A DNA stretch of 30,515 bases from a virus (taxonomy: Duplodnaviria; Caudoviricetes), in the IMG/VR virus record IMGVR_UViG_3300020381_001145, positions 1 through 30,515 of that record. The stretch is one strand, 5' to 3'. Below, in pieces: positions 8,013-16,907 of this stretch. The notes under the pieces are model-generated. The model saw nothing but the letters and a program-made list of their open reading frames with translations, had not been told where the DNA came from and did not search any database. Every line of letters begins with the position of its first letter. Position 1 is the first letter of the stretch. Position numbers and translations under genes: made by a program.

Positions 8013-9124
8013 TAATTTTTCCTCTTTGGTATTTTACTATCAGCACTACTTACACAACTTTTTGTAATACAAGTTTTAGGTGTCTTAAATAGCTTAAATC
8101 CTGTTTCAATGTTACCAAGAGGTGCATCATGGCACGAATAGCTACGTTTTATCGAACCGTCAGGCTCGCGGATAATAATTCCACTATATCCTGCTTGACA
8201 GTTCCATCCTTCAAAATTGTTAAAATTAAAAGCATTAAAACGTTCTGCTTGGTCCATATAATATTTATTGCCTAGGGAATCTTGTAATTCTACCTGCATG
8301 TGCCAAGGCACACTGGCATCATTTTTGCCCATTATATCTTTAGGCAGTTCAAATGTAGGTTTAGGACGGTTAACAAATTTACGTTTACTTTCTGTATAAG
8401 CACGTTGAGGCATACCGTTCCAAAGTTTTTTTAACATGTCGTCTGTGTATCCATCTACCACTTTTGATGCTGTAGGGTCTGATTGTGGTTTCAGTGTTAC
8501 GTTTATTCCTTGTTCATGAAAGAAAAGTGCGTTATCCCAATCTCTTTCAAACCATTCAGGAACCATAACCATATTGATTGTAACTTGAACATCATGTTCT
8601 TGACTAAGAATTAATTTATCAGCAAAATCCTGCATTTTTTCTTTTGTGTTAACATGTTCAGTATGTAAACTTGCAGTAATACTTGCTCTATGGAAGGGTT
8701 TTACATACTCTACATACGTTTCAAACCACTTCATAGGTCTGCTACAATTACTTGTCATATGTACGCTGGTATAATTTGTGTTTTCTACATCATCTGCTAG
8801 ATGTTTTAATATATCCAAGTATCCAGGATGGAAAGTAGGCTCTCCTCCCGACAAGGAGAAGTGGAAAGAGTTAAAACCATTATCACGAGCTTGTCTCTTT
8901 ATCTCATCGATTGTATAAAGACAGAGCTGTGTGGGCCTGTGATCTTTCTTATCTGATCTGGCGTATGGCCAACAATAACTACAGCGATAGTTACAAAAGC
9001 GACCAAGAAGCCAACTAACAGTAAACAAATCTCTGTATAAAAGCGTCCTCTGTCCGACTTGTACAATGTCGTCAAAAGGGATCTTAGTAAAGTCATAATT
9101 ACTCCATTTCAAGTCTTCATTCAT
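8012..9124 (-). CDS. Radical SAM protein, class C (N-terminal core, C-terminal Cys-rich SPASM/twitch-like domain)
   Basis: WLLGRFCNYRCSYC, SGGEPT, MTSN, SLHTE; C-terminal GWNC...SC...CITKSC. Confidence 0.92.
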   Translation of the reverse strand: MNEDLKWSNYDFTKIPFDDIVQVGQRTLLYRDLFTVSWLLGRFCNYRCSYCWPYARSDKKDHRPTQLCLYTIDEIKRQARDNGFNSFHFSLSGGEPTFHPGYLDILKHLADDVENTNYTSVHMTSNCSRPMKWFETYVEYVKPFHRASITASLHTEHVNTKEKMQDFADKLILSQEHDVQVTINMVMVPEWFERDWDNALFFHEQGINVTLKPQSDPTASKVVDGYTDDMLKKLWNGMPQRAYTESKRKFVNRPKPTFELPKDIMGKNDASVPWHMQVELQDSLGNKYYMDQAERFNAFNFNNFEGWNCQAGYSGIIIREPDGSIKRSYSCHDAPLGNIETGFKLFKTPKTCITKSCVSSADSKIPKRKN

Positions 9125-9154
9125 ATTTTAACACCTTTTTGGTATCATGCTAAG

Positions 9155-9161
9155 TATTTAT
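9155..9161 (-). promoter_or_regulatory. Putative T4-type late promoter core ATAAATA (leftward)
   Basis: Plus-strand TATTTAT 9155-9161 in the divergent intergenic region, about 30 nt upstream of ATG 9124, which has an AAGGTG SD-like site. Confidence 0.55.
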
Positions 9162-9166
9162 TGGTG

Positions 9167-9173
9167 ATAAATA
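9167..9173 (+). promoter_or_regulatory. Putative T4-type late promoter core ATAAATA (rightward)
   Basis: ATAAATA 9167-9173, 28 nt upstream of ATG 9202, with an AGGA SD-like site in between. Confidence 0.55.
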
Positions 9174-9201
9174 TTTCTAACAATAGGACTGGCTTGTAAA
9201 A

Positions 9202-9852
9202 ATGATCAAAGATTTATCTAAAATTGTTAATCACTGTCAACGTAATTGGGAATATACTCCTATACCAAACGAACATATAGATGCTATTGTAGATGCAGGT
9301 AGGAACATGCCTACCAAACAGTCCACTAAAAGTTACACAATAGTAAAAATTACCAATCCTAAAGTAATAAGTTCAATGTATGAACAGTCATATGAATCAA
9401 AAGACAAAAATCATGGATCGAACACACAAGTAGATGCACCACTTTTGTTAGCATTTTTAATGAATAAAAAAGTGATGAGAAAGGAGCCTATCAGACCAAT
9501 AAAATTTGGAGAAAACCTTACGGAAAGAGAACTAAAAGCAAAAAACATGAACCTTCAAATAACAAATATGGAGATAGGACTTAGTGCAGGTGCTTGTGCT
9601 TTGCAAGCCGCAGAACTTGGTTATAAAACAGGTTTTTGCAAATGTATATCAGATCCAGACATGCTAGTGAAAAAAATATTAGGACAAAGTCCTAAGGATT
9701 ACAGAATAATGCTTTTACTAGGTATAGGAAATCCAATACCTGATCTTGCACACAATGTTAAAAAAACTAGAACAAAAACATATAGCCATGTTCATGAAGG
9801 GAAACTCAGTAACACCTATACAAAAAAGATACCTGTTATAAGTATTACATAA
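9202..9852 (+). CDS. Nitroreductase-fold flavoprotein
   Basis: HCQRNW, MPTKQ, NTQVDAPLLL, EIGLSAGACALQAAELGYKTGFCKC, LGIGNP. Confidence 0.8.
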   Translation: MIKDLSKIVNHCQRNWEYTPIPNEHIDAIVDAGRNMPTKQSTKSYTIVKITNPKVISSMYEQSYESKDKNHGSNTQVDAPLLLAFLMNKKVMRKEPIRPIKFGENLTERELKAKNMNLQITNMEIGLSAGACALQAAELGYKTGFCKCISDPDMLVKKILGQSPKDYRIMLLLGIGNPIPDLAHNVKKTRTKTYSHVHEGKLSNTYTKKIPVISIT

Positions 9853-9863
9853 GAGGAAAGCCT

Positions 9864-10460
9864 ATGTTTGAAGAAATAGTGACAAATCGAATTACCTGCA
9901 GAAGTTTTAGCGATAAAACTGTGCCTCGGGAATATATAGACATCTTAAAAAATGCAGTTGGTTTGTCGCCTAGTAAAAATAACAAATTGCCATGCAAAGT
10001 AGTTATACTGGGTCCAAACGCCACAAGCGAAAAAAAAATGTTATACGATGCAAGCCATTGCGGTCCAACGCACCCTGAAATGAGAAACCCGCAACTACTT
10101 GCTCCTTACGTATTTTTATTCTTGCCTAGAGCAGAGGCAAAAACAGAATATGAATGGTCTGAAAAACGCTGGCAAAAACATACTTATATACAGGCAGGAA
10201 TATCTTCAGCAACATTAGTGTGGTGTGCAGAGTCATTAGGACTGTCTACAGGATACTGCGGAGCAGTTGACGGCAGTATGGGCGAAGAAGGTAGCTATGT
10301 TGCTGAGATGATAGTTGCAGTTGGCGTTGGTTACCCTAGAACAGAAATTAATGATAAACGTGTACGAAACGAGCCAAACGATACTACACTCAATAATGGC
10401 ACTTTCGATGTCGAAAAAAGAATTTCCATCAATGATTGGATTGAAGAAATCGGAACATAA
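9864..10460 (+). CDS. Nitroreductase-fold flavoprotein
   Basis: RITCRSF, SPSKNN, NPQLLAPYV, AGISSATLVWCAESLGLSTGYC, VGVGYP; GAGG SD upstream. Confidence 0.82.
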   Translation: MFEEIVTNRITCRSFSDKTVPREYIDILKNAVGLSPSKNNKLPCKVVILGPNATSEKKMLYDASHCGPTHPEMRNPQLLAPYVFLFLPRAEAKTEYEWSEKRWQKHTYIQAGISSATLVWCAESLGLSTGYCGAVDGSMGEEGSYVAEMIVAVGVGYPRTEINDKRVRNEPNDTTLNNGTFDVEKRISINDWIEEIGT

Positions 10461-10729
10461 TGAAACCAAAATGTTTACCTAAAACGCACGGTAGCCAAAC
10501 CCTTTACTTTAGTGCTACTGGCTATCTATATCCATGCTGTTGGATGGAACAAAGAAAAGCAGAAGATTATATGAGAGAAAAAGGGTTGTTAGATGAAAAA
10601 TTAAAATTGTCTAATGTAGACAATGTTGAACAAATTTTAGAAAGCAAGCCTTGGAAACAATTTATCGATACATTACAAAATAATCCTGAAGGTGCATGTA
10701 ATAGGTGCAAGGAAATGTGCGGTGAATGA
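10460..10729 (+). CDS. Stand-alone twitch/SPASM-like Fe-S domain protein
   Basis: 89 aa: KC...LYFSATGYLYPCCW...CNRCKEMCG, matching the C-terminal domains of class B rSAMs here (e.g. LFITAEGLALPCCW...CAMKCG). Confidence 0.75.
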   Translation: MKPKCLPKTHGSQTLYFSATGYLYPCCWMEQRKAEDYMREKGLLDEKLKLSNVDNVEQILESKPWKQFIDTLQNNPEGACNRCKEMCGE

Positions 10730-11414
10730 ATATATAAAATATCAAAAAACACAATGGCTTAATGTAGATATTTCTTATCGTTGTATATTAGGTTGTAGTG
10801 CATGTATGCGGAACATATTAGAAGATCCGGAAAAGAAAGGTTCAGATAGTTTAAAATACTTTAAAAATAAACTAGAAGAATCTAATGATATAAGTTTTTT
10901 AGATTTACAAAAATTAGCAGAATTTTTTCCTAAGATAAGTTTTTGTGGCGGATTAAGTGATCCAGTTTTTCATCCTCAATTTGTAGATCTTTTAAAAGTT
11001 ACAAATACGCTACCTAACAAATTTAGAATACACACAGCGGCACAACAAAAAAACCTTGAATGGTACAAAGATGCCTTTGGTGCAAACAAAAGAATAGAAT
11101 GGATTTTTGGTATAGATGGATTATCAGATACTAGTCCTATGTATAGGAAGAGACAAAATACAGATTTAATGCTAGATGCTATGAAACTTTGTTCTTCTAT
11201 GGGATTAAAAACAGAATGGCAATTCATTGTGTTTGATCACAACAACCATCAAATCAACAAGGCTAAAGAAATTTGCAAAGAAAATTTTATAAATTTACGC
11301 TTACACTACAGCAGAAGAAATCTTTCCGGCAAATTTGTCTTGCCACGAAGTGTCAACGAAAGGTATAAATTCTGGATACCAATCGAGCAAAGAAGTTCCT
11401 TGGTTTCTGTCTAA
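10722..11414 (+). CDS. Radical SAM core (class B) lacking the C-terminal twitch domain
   Basis: CILGCSACMR, FCGGLSDP, IDGLSDT..MYR, WQFIVFDHNNHQ. Probable GTG start at 10722 (AAGGA upstream, 8-bp overlap); the track gives 10692. Confidence 0.85.
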   Translation: MNEYIKYQKTQWLNVDISYRCILGCSACMRNILEDPEKKGSDSLKYFKNKLEESNDISFLDLQKLAEFFPKISFCGGLSDPVFHPQFVDLLKVTNTLPNKFRIHTAAQQKNLEWYKDAFGANKRIEWIFGIDGLSDTSPMYRKRQNTDLMLDAMKLCSSMGLKTEWQFIVFDHNNHQINKAKEICKENFINLRLHYSRRNLSGKFVLPRSVNERYKFWIPIEQRSSLVSV

Positions 11415-13844
11415 TACCAAACTATATTTTAGAAAAGTTTCCCACTTATCACTATGTTGACTATTCATGTAGTCAATACATTTTTGACCAAACAATTTTA
11501 TTCTTTTATGATTTTTATTATCTGTAAGTGTGTCTTTGTATTCGTACCATTCTCTTGTAACCTTTTCTTTTAATGGCACAGGTAAATTTTTAATGTTAAG
11601 TTCGTTAGGATATTGTACCAAACTGGTATGGTACCAAACTCCTAGGCTTTCAAAGTATTTGCATGTATCAACTAATCTAGTTATGTTTAGTAAACTTGTT
11701 GTACATGTGCCTATTACATTTATGTTTTCTAATTGTTGTAATAGTTTAATGTTCTCTTCGACTTTTTCCAATTTTCCATTCACACGCACATACTCGTAAC
11801 AACTTGGATCGCCGTCGAGACTGATCTTCACATTAATTTTTTTAAATTTTTTCCACAGATCAATAATGCTTTTACCTCTGTATTCTAGTGTTGTAAGATT
11901 GGTAGTATAGTCTAGAGCGATATTTTCAGCGTAAGGAATCATACGTTCTAACCAACCATAATGTTTTTCGTGATACAAAGGTTCTCCACCGCTTATCAAA
12001 ACTTCTCTAAGAGTTGGTCCCATGTCAACAACTTCATCTAACAACTTATCTGTTATACTAATATGACTATCGAATTTACGTTGACCCCCATACTTTGAAA
12101 CTAAATCATGCATGTCAGAATCACGCTTAACTTCTGCTTCCCATTTACTGCTATAGGTTGGAGAACAGTGTCTACACATTAGATTGCAGATATTATCAAA
12201 CCGTATTTCTACACTTTGAATTTGCGGATTTTTGTAATTAGGTGCTGTAGCAAAAGATTTAAGAGCAACTTGTCTTGTGCTTTTTATTCCACTATCTTCC
12301 ATGTCCCAACAACTTTTACAGCTAGGATGTTTAACGTTATTTAATAAATCATTACGAACTTCGGATAGTTGTTTGCCGTTCCATATGTCTTTAAGAGATT
12401 GCGTTTGATAGTCGCCTACACCATCTGGATTTCTCCAACAGGGCGTGACTTTACCTTCATGTTTGATATTGATATGGCTAAAAGGTAACGGACACTTAGT
12501 TGTTGGTATTCTTCCTATAAAAGATGTTTTTTCTATTAGAGCCTGCCCAACTTCTGGTATACTGTGCATTATACTTTGTTTTCTTATTGTGTCAAGATCG
12601 TCTGTGTATTCTCCAAACACTTTATAGTCTTCTTCAGATGGTTCTCCGTCCAAACTTTTAATCAACCTATCAACTGTATGATTTGCATGATGTATTAAAG
12701 CATGATAATCATAGTCGTCTTTTTGTATGCTTGTATCAATCAATTCAAGTAACTTTCCCCTCATTGATTCAAGGCTGTCTATTGTCTTGTTCTTGTTTGG
12801 CCATAACTTTGGTGCAAGATAACTAGGTGTTACCACACTGCCAATTGCCCATGAAAACCGTTTCCATTGTTGCGGCAATTCTCTAAGTTCATTTTTACGT
12901 GACTTTTCTCTTGCAACAGTATGAACGATTGCATCTATGTTATTGCCTTTAGCTCCTTTGAGAATGTTTATCCACCAATCAAACATATCCGATACTTGCC
13001 AAATATTATAAACATTGAAAGTTGGCGCCCATTGCACATTAAATTTTTCTTTTACCCATTGTTTGGCACTAGCTTCTACCATATTCCATTCACTGGGATA
13101 TCTTATGTAATCATTAACTTTTCCTAGTCCATCTATGCTTAAAAATAACTTAATTTCTTTAAATTTACGTAATTTTTTAAGTATTTTTTCTTTTGGTATC
13201 CAGCTACAATTCGTATAAATTTCTAAAACTATATTGTTAGGAGTTTCTATTAGATCTAATATTTCTAGAAACTGCGGATTTAACATTGGTTCTCCGCCAA
13301 CAAATTTTATTACTTCTACATCTTTAAAGTCTTCTTTAGAATATGCAAAACTTTCTACAGCATTATTTGAAACTTTGCGATCAGTATATCCGTGCTCCGC
13401 AAGAATATTTTCATCATTACTCCATGTAGTGCTCAAATGAGCATTACATGTTCTGCAGGCAAGATTGCAATATCTACCAATTCCTAATTCAATGTATTTT
13501 AGTTTTTCAGGCACTACACTGGGGATTTCGTTGAAATACATGTCATTACTAGACCAACGCATACTCTTTACATTTTTTTCTTCTTCTTTATAACATTTCC
13601 AACAACCAGGTACTTTTTCCCCTGCGAGCATTCGTCGTCTAATCTCTGTAAAATATTCCGTGTTTCTAGAATCCACCAAGGATTGTTCTTTGTGTTTTAC
13701 CTGTTTGTCATTTAAAAAATCAGCACTTAGATCAAACCTACAACAAGGTTTTATCATACCCTTGGGGGTTGTCGCAATGTGCATCCACGGTAGCATACAA
13801 AACGATTTATTTTCAACACTTATATCTCTGTTTTTTCTTTTCAA
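11301..13844 (-). CDS. Tandem double radical SAM protein (two N-terminal-twitch rSAM units, class A)
   Basis: Unit 1: CMLPW, KPCC, CWKC, CNLACRTC, GGEP. Unit 2 from about C451: CPLPF, PCW, CKSC, CNLMCRHC, GGEP. TTG start in a TTGA overlap. Confidence 0.9.
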   Translation of the reverse strand: MKRKNRDISVENKSFCMLPWMHIATTPKGMIKPCCRFDLSADFLNDKQVKHKEQSLVDSRNTEYFTEIRRRMLAGEKVPGCWKCYKEEEKNVKSMRWSSNDMYFNEIPSVVPEKLKYIELGIGRYCNLACRTCNAHLSTTWSNDENILAEHGYTDRKVSNNAVESFAYSKEDFKDVEVIKFVGGEPMLNPQFLEILDLIETPNNIVLEIYTNCSWIPKEKILKKLRKFKEIKLFLSIDGLGKVNDYIRYPSEWNMVEASAKQWVKEKFNVQWAPTFNVYNIWQVSDMFDWWINILKGAKGNNIDAIVHTVAREKSRKNELRELPQQWKRFSWAIGSVVTPSYLAPKLWPNKNKTIDSLESMRGKLLELIDTSIQKDDYDYHALIHHANHTVDRLIKSLDGEPSEEDYKVFGEYTDDLDTIRKQSIMHSIPEVGQALIEKTSFIGRIPTTKCPLPFSHINIKHEGKVTPCWRNPDGVGDYQTQSLKDIWNGKQLSEVRNDLLNNVKHPSCKSCWDMEDSGIKSTRQVALKSFATAPNYKNPQIQSVEIRFDNICNLMCRHCSPTYSSKWEAEVKRDSDMHDLVSKYGGQRKFDSHISITDKLLDEVVDMGPTLREVLISGGEPLYHEKHYGWLERMIPYAENIALDYTTNLTTLEYRGKSIIDLWKKFKKINVKISLDGDPSCYEYVRVNGKLEKVEENIKLLQQLENINVIGTCTTSLLNITRLVDTCKYFESLGVWYHTSLVQYPNELNIKNLPVPLKEKVTREWYEYKDTLTDNKNHKRIKLFGQKCIDYMNSQHSDKWETFLKYSLVLDRNQGTSLLDWYPEFIPFVDTSWQDKFAGKISSAVV

Positions 13845-14647
13845 GGCTTTTTCCGTGTTGTCATTAGTGTGAGTCCTGCTTTGAGAGTCACACCTGCTTT
13901 TACAAAGTCAACGCCACTGTGAGCTTGACATCTATCAAAAACAATCATATTACCGCGTTCCCAGTCATGCACTGCTTCTAATTCAAAGCCATCTAACCAA
14001 CGCTTGTTGAAATGTGTAAAATATTTCTCTCTCGTTTGCTCATCAAAAGTCTTGTCCCAATTATTACAAACAGTTCCATGCTTGTTATAAGCTGTCAAGC
14101 TACTGTAATCTCTAACAGTGTAATTCACGTTTGTGTCATATTTTTTGTCGCTCTTTGCAAAATTTGTACCGTACATGGTAAATCTTTGTTTCATAAGAGC
14201 AGTACCAGATAGCGGTTTTGTGTCACTGTTGGTCCAACAAACAAATATAGGGATTATAATTTGTTTGCCTGGATATGTATTTTTGTATTCATCCGGATTA
14301 CCAGTATCAATGTGTAAATTGTAAGGTGTACTTGTAACAAAAAAATTACCCTTCCAATCATCTGTATCTTCTATCTCAGGAATATATGATGAAAATTTAT
14401 CCCAAAACTTTTCTTTAATATCATTTATATTACTTTTAAAATGCAGTGTACCGTTCTGTTTTACTCGTCGGAATTCGTGATGTCTATACATTTGATCTGT
14501 CAACCATTCTAGATCATCTTCAGAAAATACATTTGTATGATTTGCACTATTGCCCCAGCTGGATTTCCACAAAGCAATGTCAACTTCATCAACTTGATGT
14601 AGAATCTTTTGTTCCGGATCGTAAGGCAGTTTTTCTATGTCACGCAT
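13841..14647 (-). CDS. Putative Fe(II)-dependent dioxygenase (paralog of 5850-6536)
   Basis: PYNLHIDTG, IIIPIF, DWERGNMIVFDRCQAHSG, KAGLTLMT. Confidence 0.55.
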   Translation of the reverse strand: MRDIEKLPYDPEQKILHQVDEVDIALWKSSWGNSANHTNVFSEDDLEWLTDQMYRHHEFRRVKQNGTLHFKSNINDIKEKFWDKFSSYIPEIEDTDDWKGNFFVTSTPYNLHIDTGNPDEYKNTYPGKQIIIPIFVCWTNSDTKPLSGTALMKQRFTMYGTNFAKSDKKYDTNVNYTVRDYSSLTAYNKHGTVCNNWDKTFDEQTREKYFTHFNKRWLDGFELEAVHDWERGNMIVFDRCQAHSGVDFVKAGVTLKAGLTLMTTRKKP

Positions 14648-15722
14648 GTTCTGTAATCTTTACTTTGCCGCCAATTGGTTTTACTTCTAGTTTCTTTAAA
14701 TTACATACTTCGGCACATCTTGTGATTTTGCCGCAAGGTCCTGTGCTAACGTTATTTTCAAAACTTGCTTCTAAATCATGCATGAAAAATTTATTTTCTA
14801 ATATGTCATCCACATCATTGTATCTAACATCGTTCCAGTTCTCATCACCGTAGTATTCAAATCGTTTTTTTAAAAATTCTCTTTGCCGCCAATCGAATCT
14901 ATATCTTGCGGCAGGAATAAAACAACACGGCCATATTTTACTGTCATAACTTATGAAATACTGCCTTGTTGTTTGTGATCTACATTCTATCTTTGCACCA
15001 TCATATTGAGCAAATTCAGTTAACAAACCTTCTACTGGCTCGCCTATGTTAAAATCTTTGGATAAAACATTTCTCTCTTTACGTTGCATGATTTTATCGT
15101 AACCTAAATCTGCTTGATTACTACGATCAACCATTATATGAAAACTTTCAAATCCCATGTCTTTGCTTATTTGTTCTGCTTTATCCGTCTGATGGCTATT
15201 CCAAGGGAATTCAATCCAACGCCAAACTGCTTCGCCGCCTGCTTCTATGAAAGCCTTTGCATTTTCTATTACTTTGTTATAATCTACTCCTTGTCTATAT
15301 ATACCCAAAGTGTCTTCTAGCCCATCAACACAAAAATAAACTTTTTTACTTTTTCCTCTACCAGTGGACAATAACTGTGCCAACTTTTGCCAATAGTCAG
15401 GATTTCTTATACCTCCATTGGTGCTTACATGTATTCTATAATGAGGATTGTTAGATATTGCAAATTCAATAAATTTGTAAAAGTCAGGATGCATCAATGG
15501 ATCATCTATACTTCCACAAAAACGTAATTGTTCTACTGTACCAAATGTTTTTGCTAAAAGGATTTTTTTAAAAGTTTTTAAATCTAGCATTTGTTTGTGC
15601 GGTATCATAGATTTTGTATGGTTGAAATTTTTATTATCGGTTCTTACACAACCCAAACACAAAGAGTTGCACATACTACTGAGTTCAAATTCTAATTGTA
15701 AAGGATCTGGATTATAATGCAT
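14640..15722 (-). CDS. Radical SAM protein, class B (C-terminal twitch)
   Basis: CNSLCLGCVR, FCGSIDDP, STNGG, DGLEDT..IYR; C-terminal EC...FISYDSKIWPCC...CAEVC. Confidence 0.92.
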   Translation of the reverse strand: MHYNPDPLQLEFELSSMCNSLCLGCVRTDNKNFNHTKSMIPHKQMLDLKTFKKILLAKTFGTVEQLRFCGSIDDPLMHPDFYKFIEFAISNNPHYRIHVSTNGGIRNPDYWQKLAQLLSTGRGKSKKVYFCVDGLEDTLGIYRQGVDYNKVIENAKAFIEAGGEAVWRWIEFPWNSHQTDKAEQISKDMGFESFHIMVDRSNQADLGYDKIMQRKERNVLSKDFNIGEPVEGLLTEFAQYDGAKIECRSQTTRQYFISYDSKIWPCCFIPAARYRFDWRQREFLKKRFEYYGDENWNDVRYNDVDDILENKFFMHDLEASFENNVSTGPCGKITRCAEVCNLKKLEVKPIGGKVKITEHA

Positions 15723-16907
15723 TTATGCTCCTGTATTTGCAAACACACTTCTGTCTACATGGCCGTCGATAGTTTCAAAATATTTGTCTTTGTATTTAGA
15801 CTTAGGGGCACATAATCCGCAACCGCAAGTATGCTTTGGACAGATTATTGTAGGCATGGTTCCTGTTGATAACTGGTCTCGCAATTTTTTTAGCATAAGA
15901 TCTGCGCCTCCTCTACCCATTCTTCCTATATACCCACGTTCGCCGCCAAACTTTGCTTGACAGGTTTGATGGTGAAATACTTTGTCTGTTTCTTGTTCGA
16001 TATGCAAAAAGAACCAATTTACACTACAATGCCAACCTTTAAATTCTCTAAAATCTACAAAAGTGCTTTTTCTAGATTCATTTCCTTTGCTTAAACACAT
16101 TTCTCTGCTACCGCAACAAGGTCGTCCTATAGTCATTCCTAGTTTTTTCTTTTCGCTAGTCTTTTCGCCAACTGCACTAAGCTGATTAGCCTCTTCAACA
16201 TCTTTGTTAAGATCTGCATTCTTTTTATTCCAAAAGTTTTTCATATAATCAATTTGTTCTTGATTGTACTTGTGTGCAAAACTTCCAGGACTATCTGCTT
16301 CTTCGCCTATGACTCGAGGCACGTAAGCAATGTTATTTTGATCCAACCATGTGCATAAGTCTTTACATTCATCAAATCTCTCAGCATGAAACATTACGTT
16401 TATACTTAGATTAAAATTACTACGTGCTTCAGCTTCTTCATTAAATTGCACAATTCGTTCTTTGGCTTGAGATTTTAATTTATCGTCTGCTTCCGTATGA
16501 TAACTTACTGTGATGTGATCCATATTTAATGCAATAGCATTTGCAATTTTTTCTGACATTGCACCATTACTAGTAAGAGCAAAACTGGCTTTCCATTTAT
16601 GTTTATATTTTGTTTGGTATTCACTTTTAAGCCATTTTGCAAATTCCATAAAATTAGGATTTACTGTTGGTTCGCCACCAGTAAATGTTATGGCGGCTAC
16701 CTTGTAAGTCCTGTACTCCATATAAGTATCAATGTATTCAAACATAAATTCAGCATTTTTCTTAAGACTATCCAAACTTGCATGTGGACTAAAGTTGTTG
16801 TGTCTAGTCACAGGACAATAACTACAATCATAATTGCAACGTCTGCCTAAATCCCAAGTGACTTGGAATACTTTGCCTGTTAGTAGGTCAACTGTATCAA
16901 AGCTCAT
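15723..16907 (-). CDS. Radical SAM protein, class C
   Basis: WDLGRRCNYDCSYC, TGGEPT, TSNG, SYHTE; RPCC...C and C-terminal GWHC...TC...CPKHTCGCGLC. Confidence 0.92.
   Translation of the reverse strand: MSFDTVDLLTGKVFQVTWDLGRRCNYDCSYCPVTRHNNFSPHASLDSLKKNAEFMFEYIDTYMEYRTYKVAAITFTGGEPTVNPNFMEFAKWLKSEYQTKYKHKWKASFALTSNGAMSEKIANAIALNMDHITVSYHTEADDKLKSQAKERIVQFNEEAEARSNFNLSINVMFHAERFDECKDLCTWLDQNNIAYVPRVIGEEADSPGSFAHKYNQEQIDYMKNFWNKKNADLNKDVEEANQLSAVGEKTSEKKKLGMTIGRPCCGSREMCLSKGNESRKSTFVDFREFKGWHCSVNWFFLHIEQETDKVFHHQTCQAKFGGERGYIGRMGRGGADLMLKKLRDQLSTGTMPTIICPKHTCGCGLCAPKSKYKDKYFETIDGHVDRSVFANTGA

Noticed and set aside
8012-9124. Viperin-like, QueE, MoaA or NrdG assignment for class C rSAMs
   Set aside because: CNYxC resembles viperin, but the N-x-H before the motif is absent. 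No queC/queD/folE, moaC or nrdD was seen in the window, and there is no MoaA C-terminal GG.
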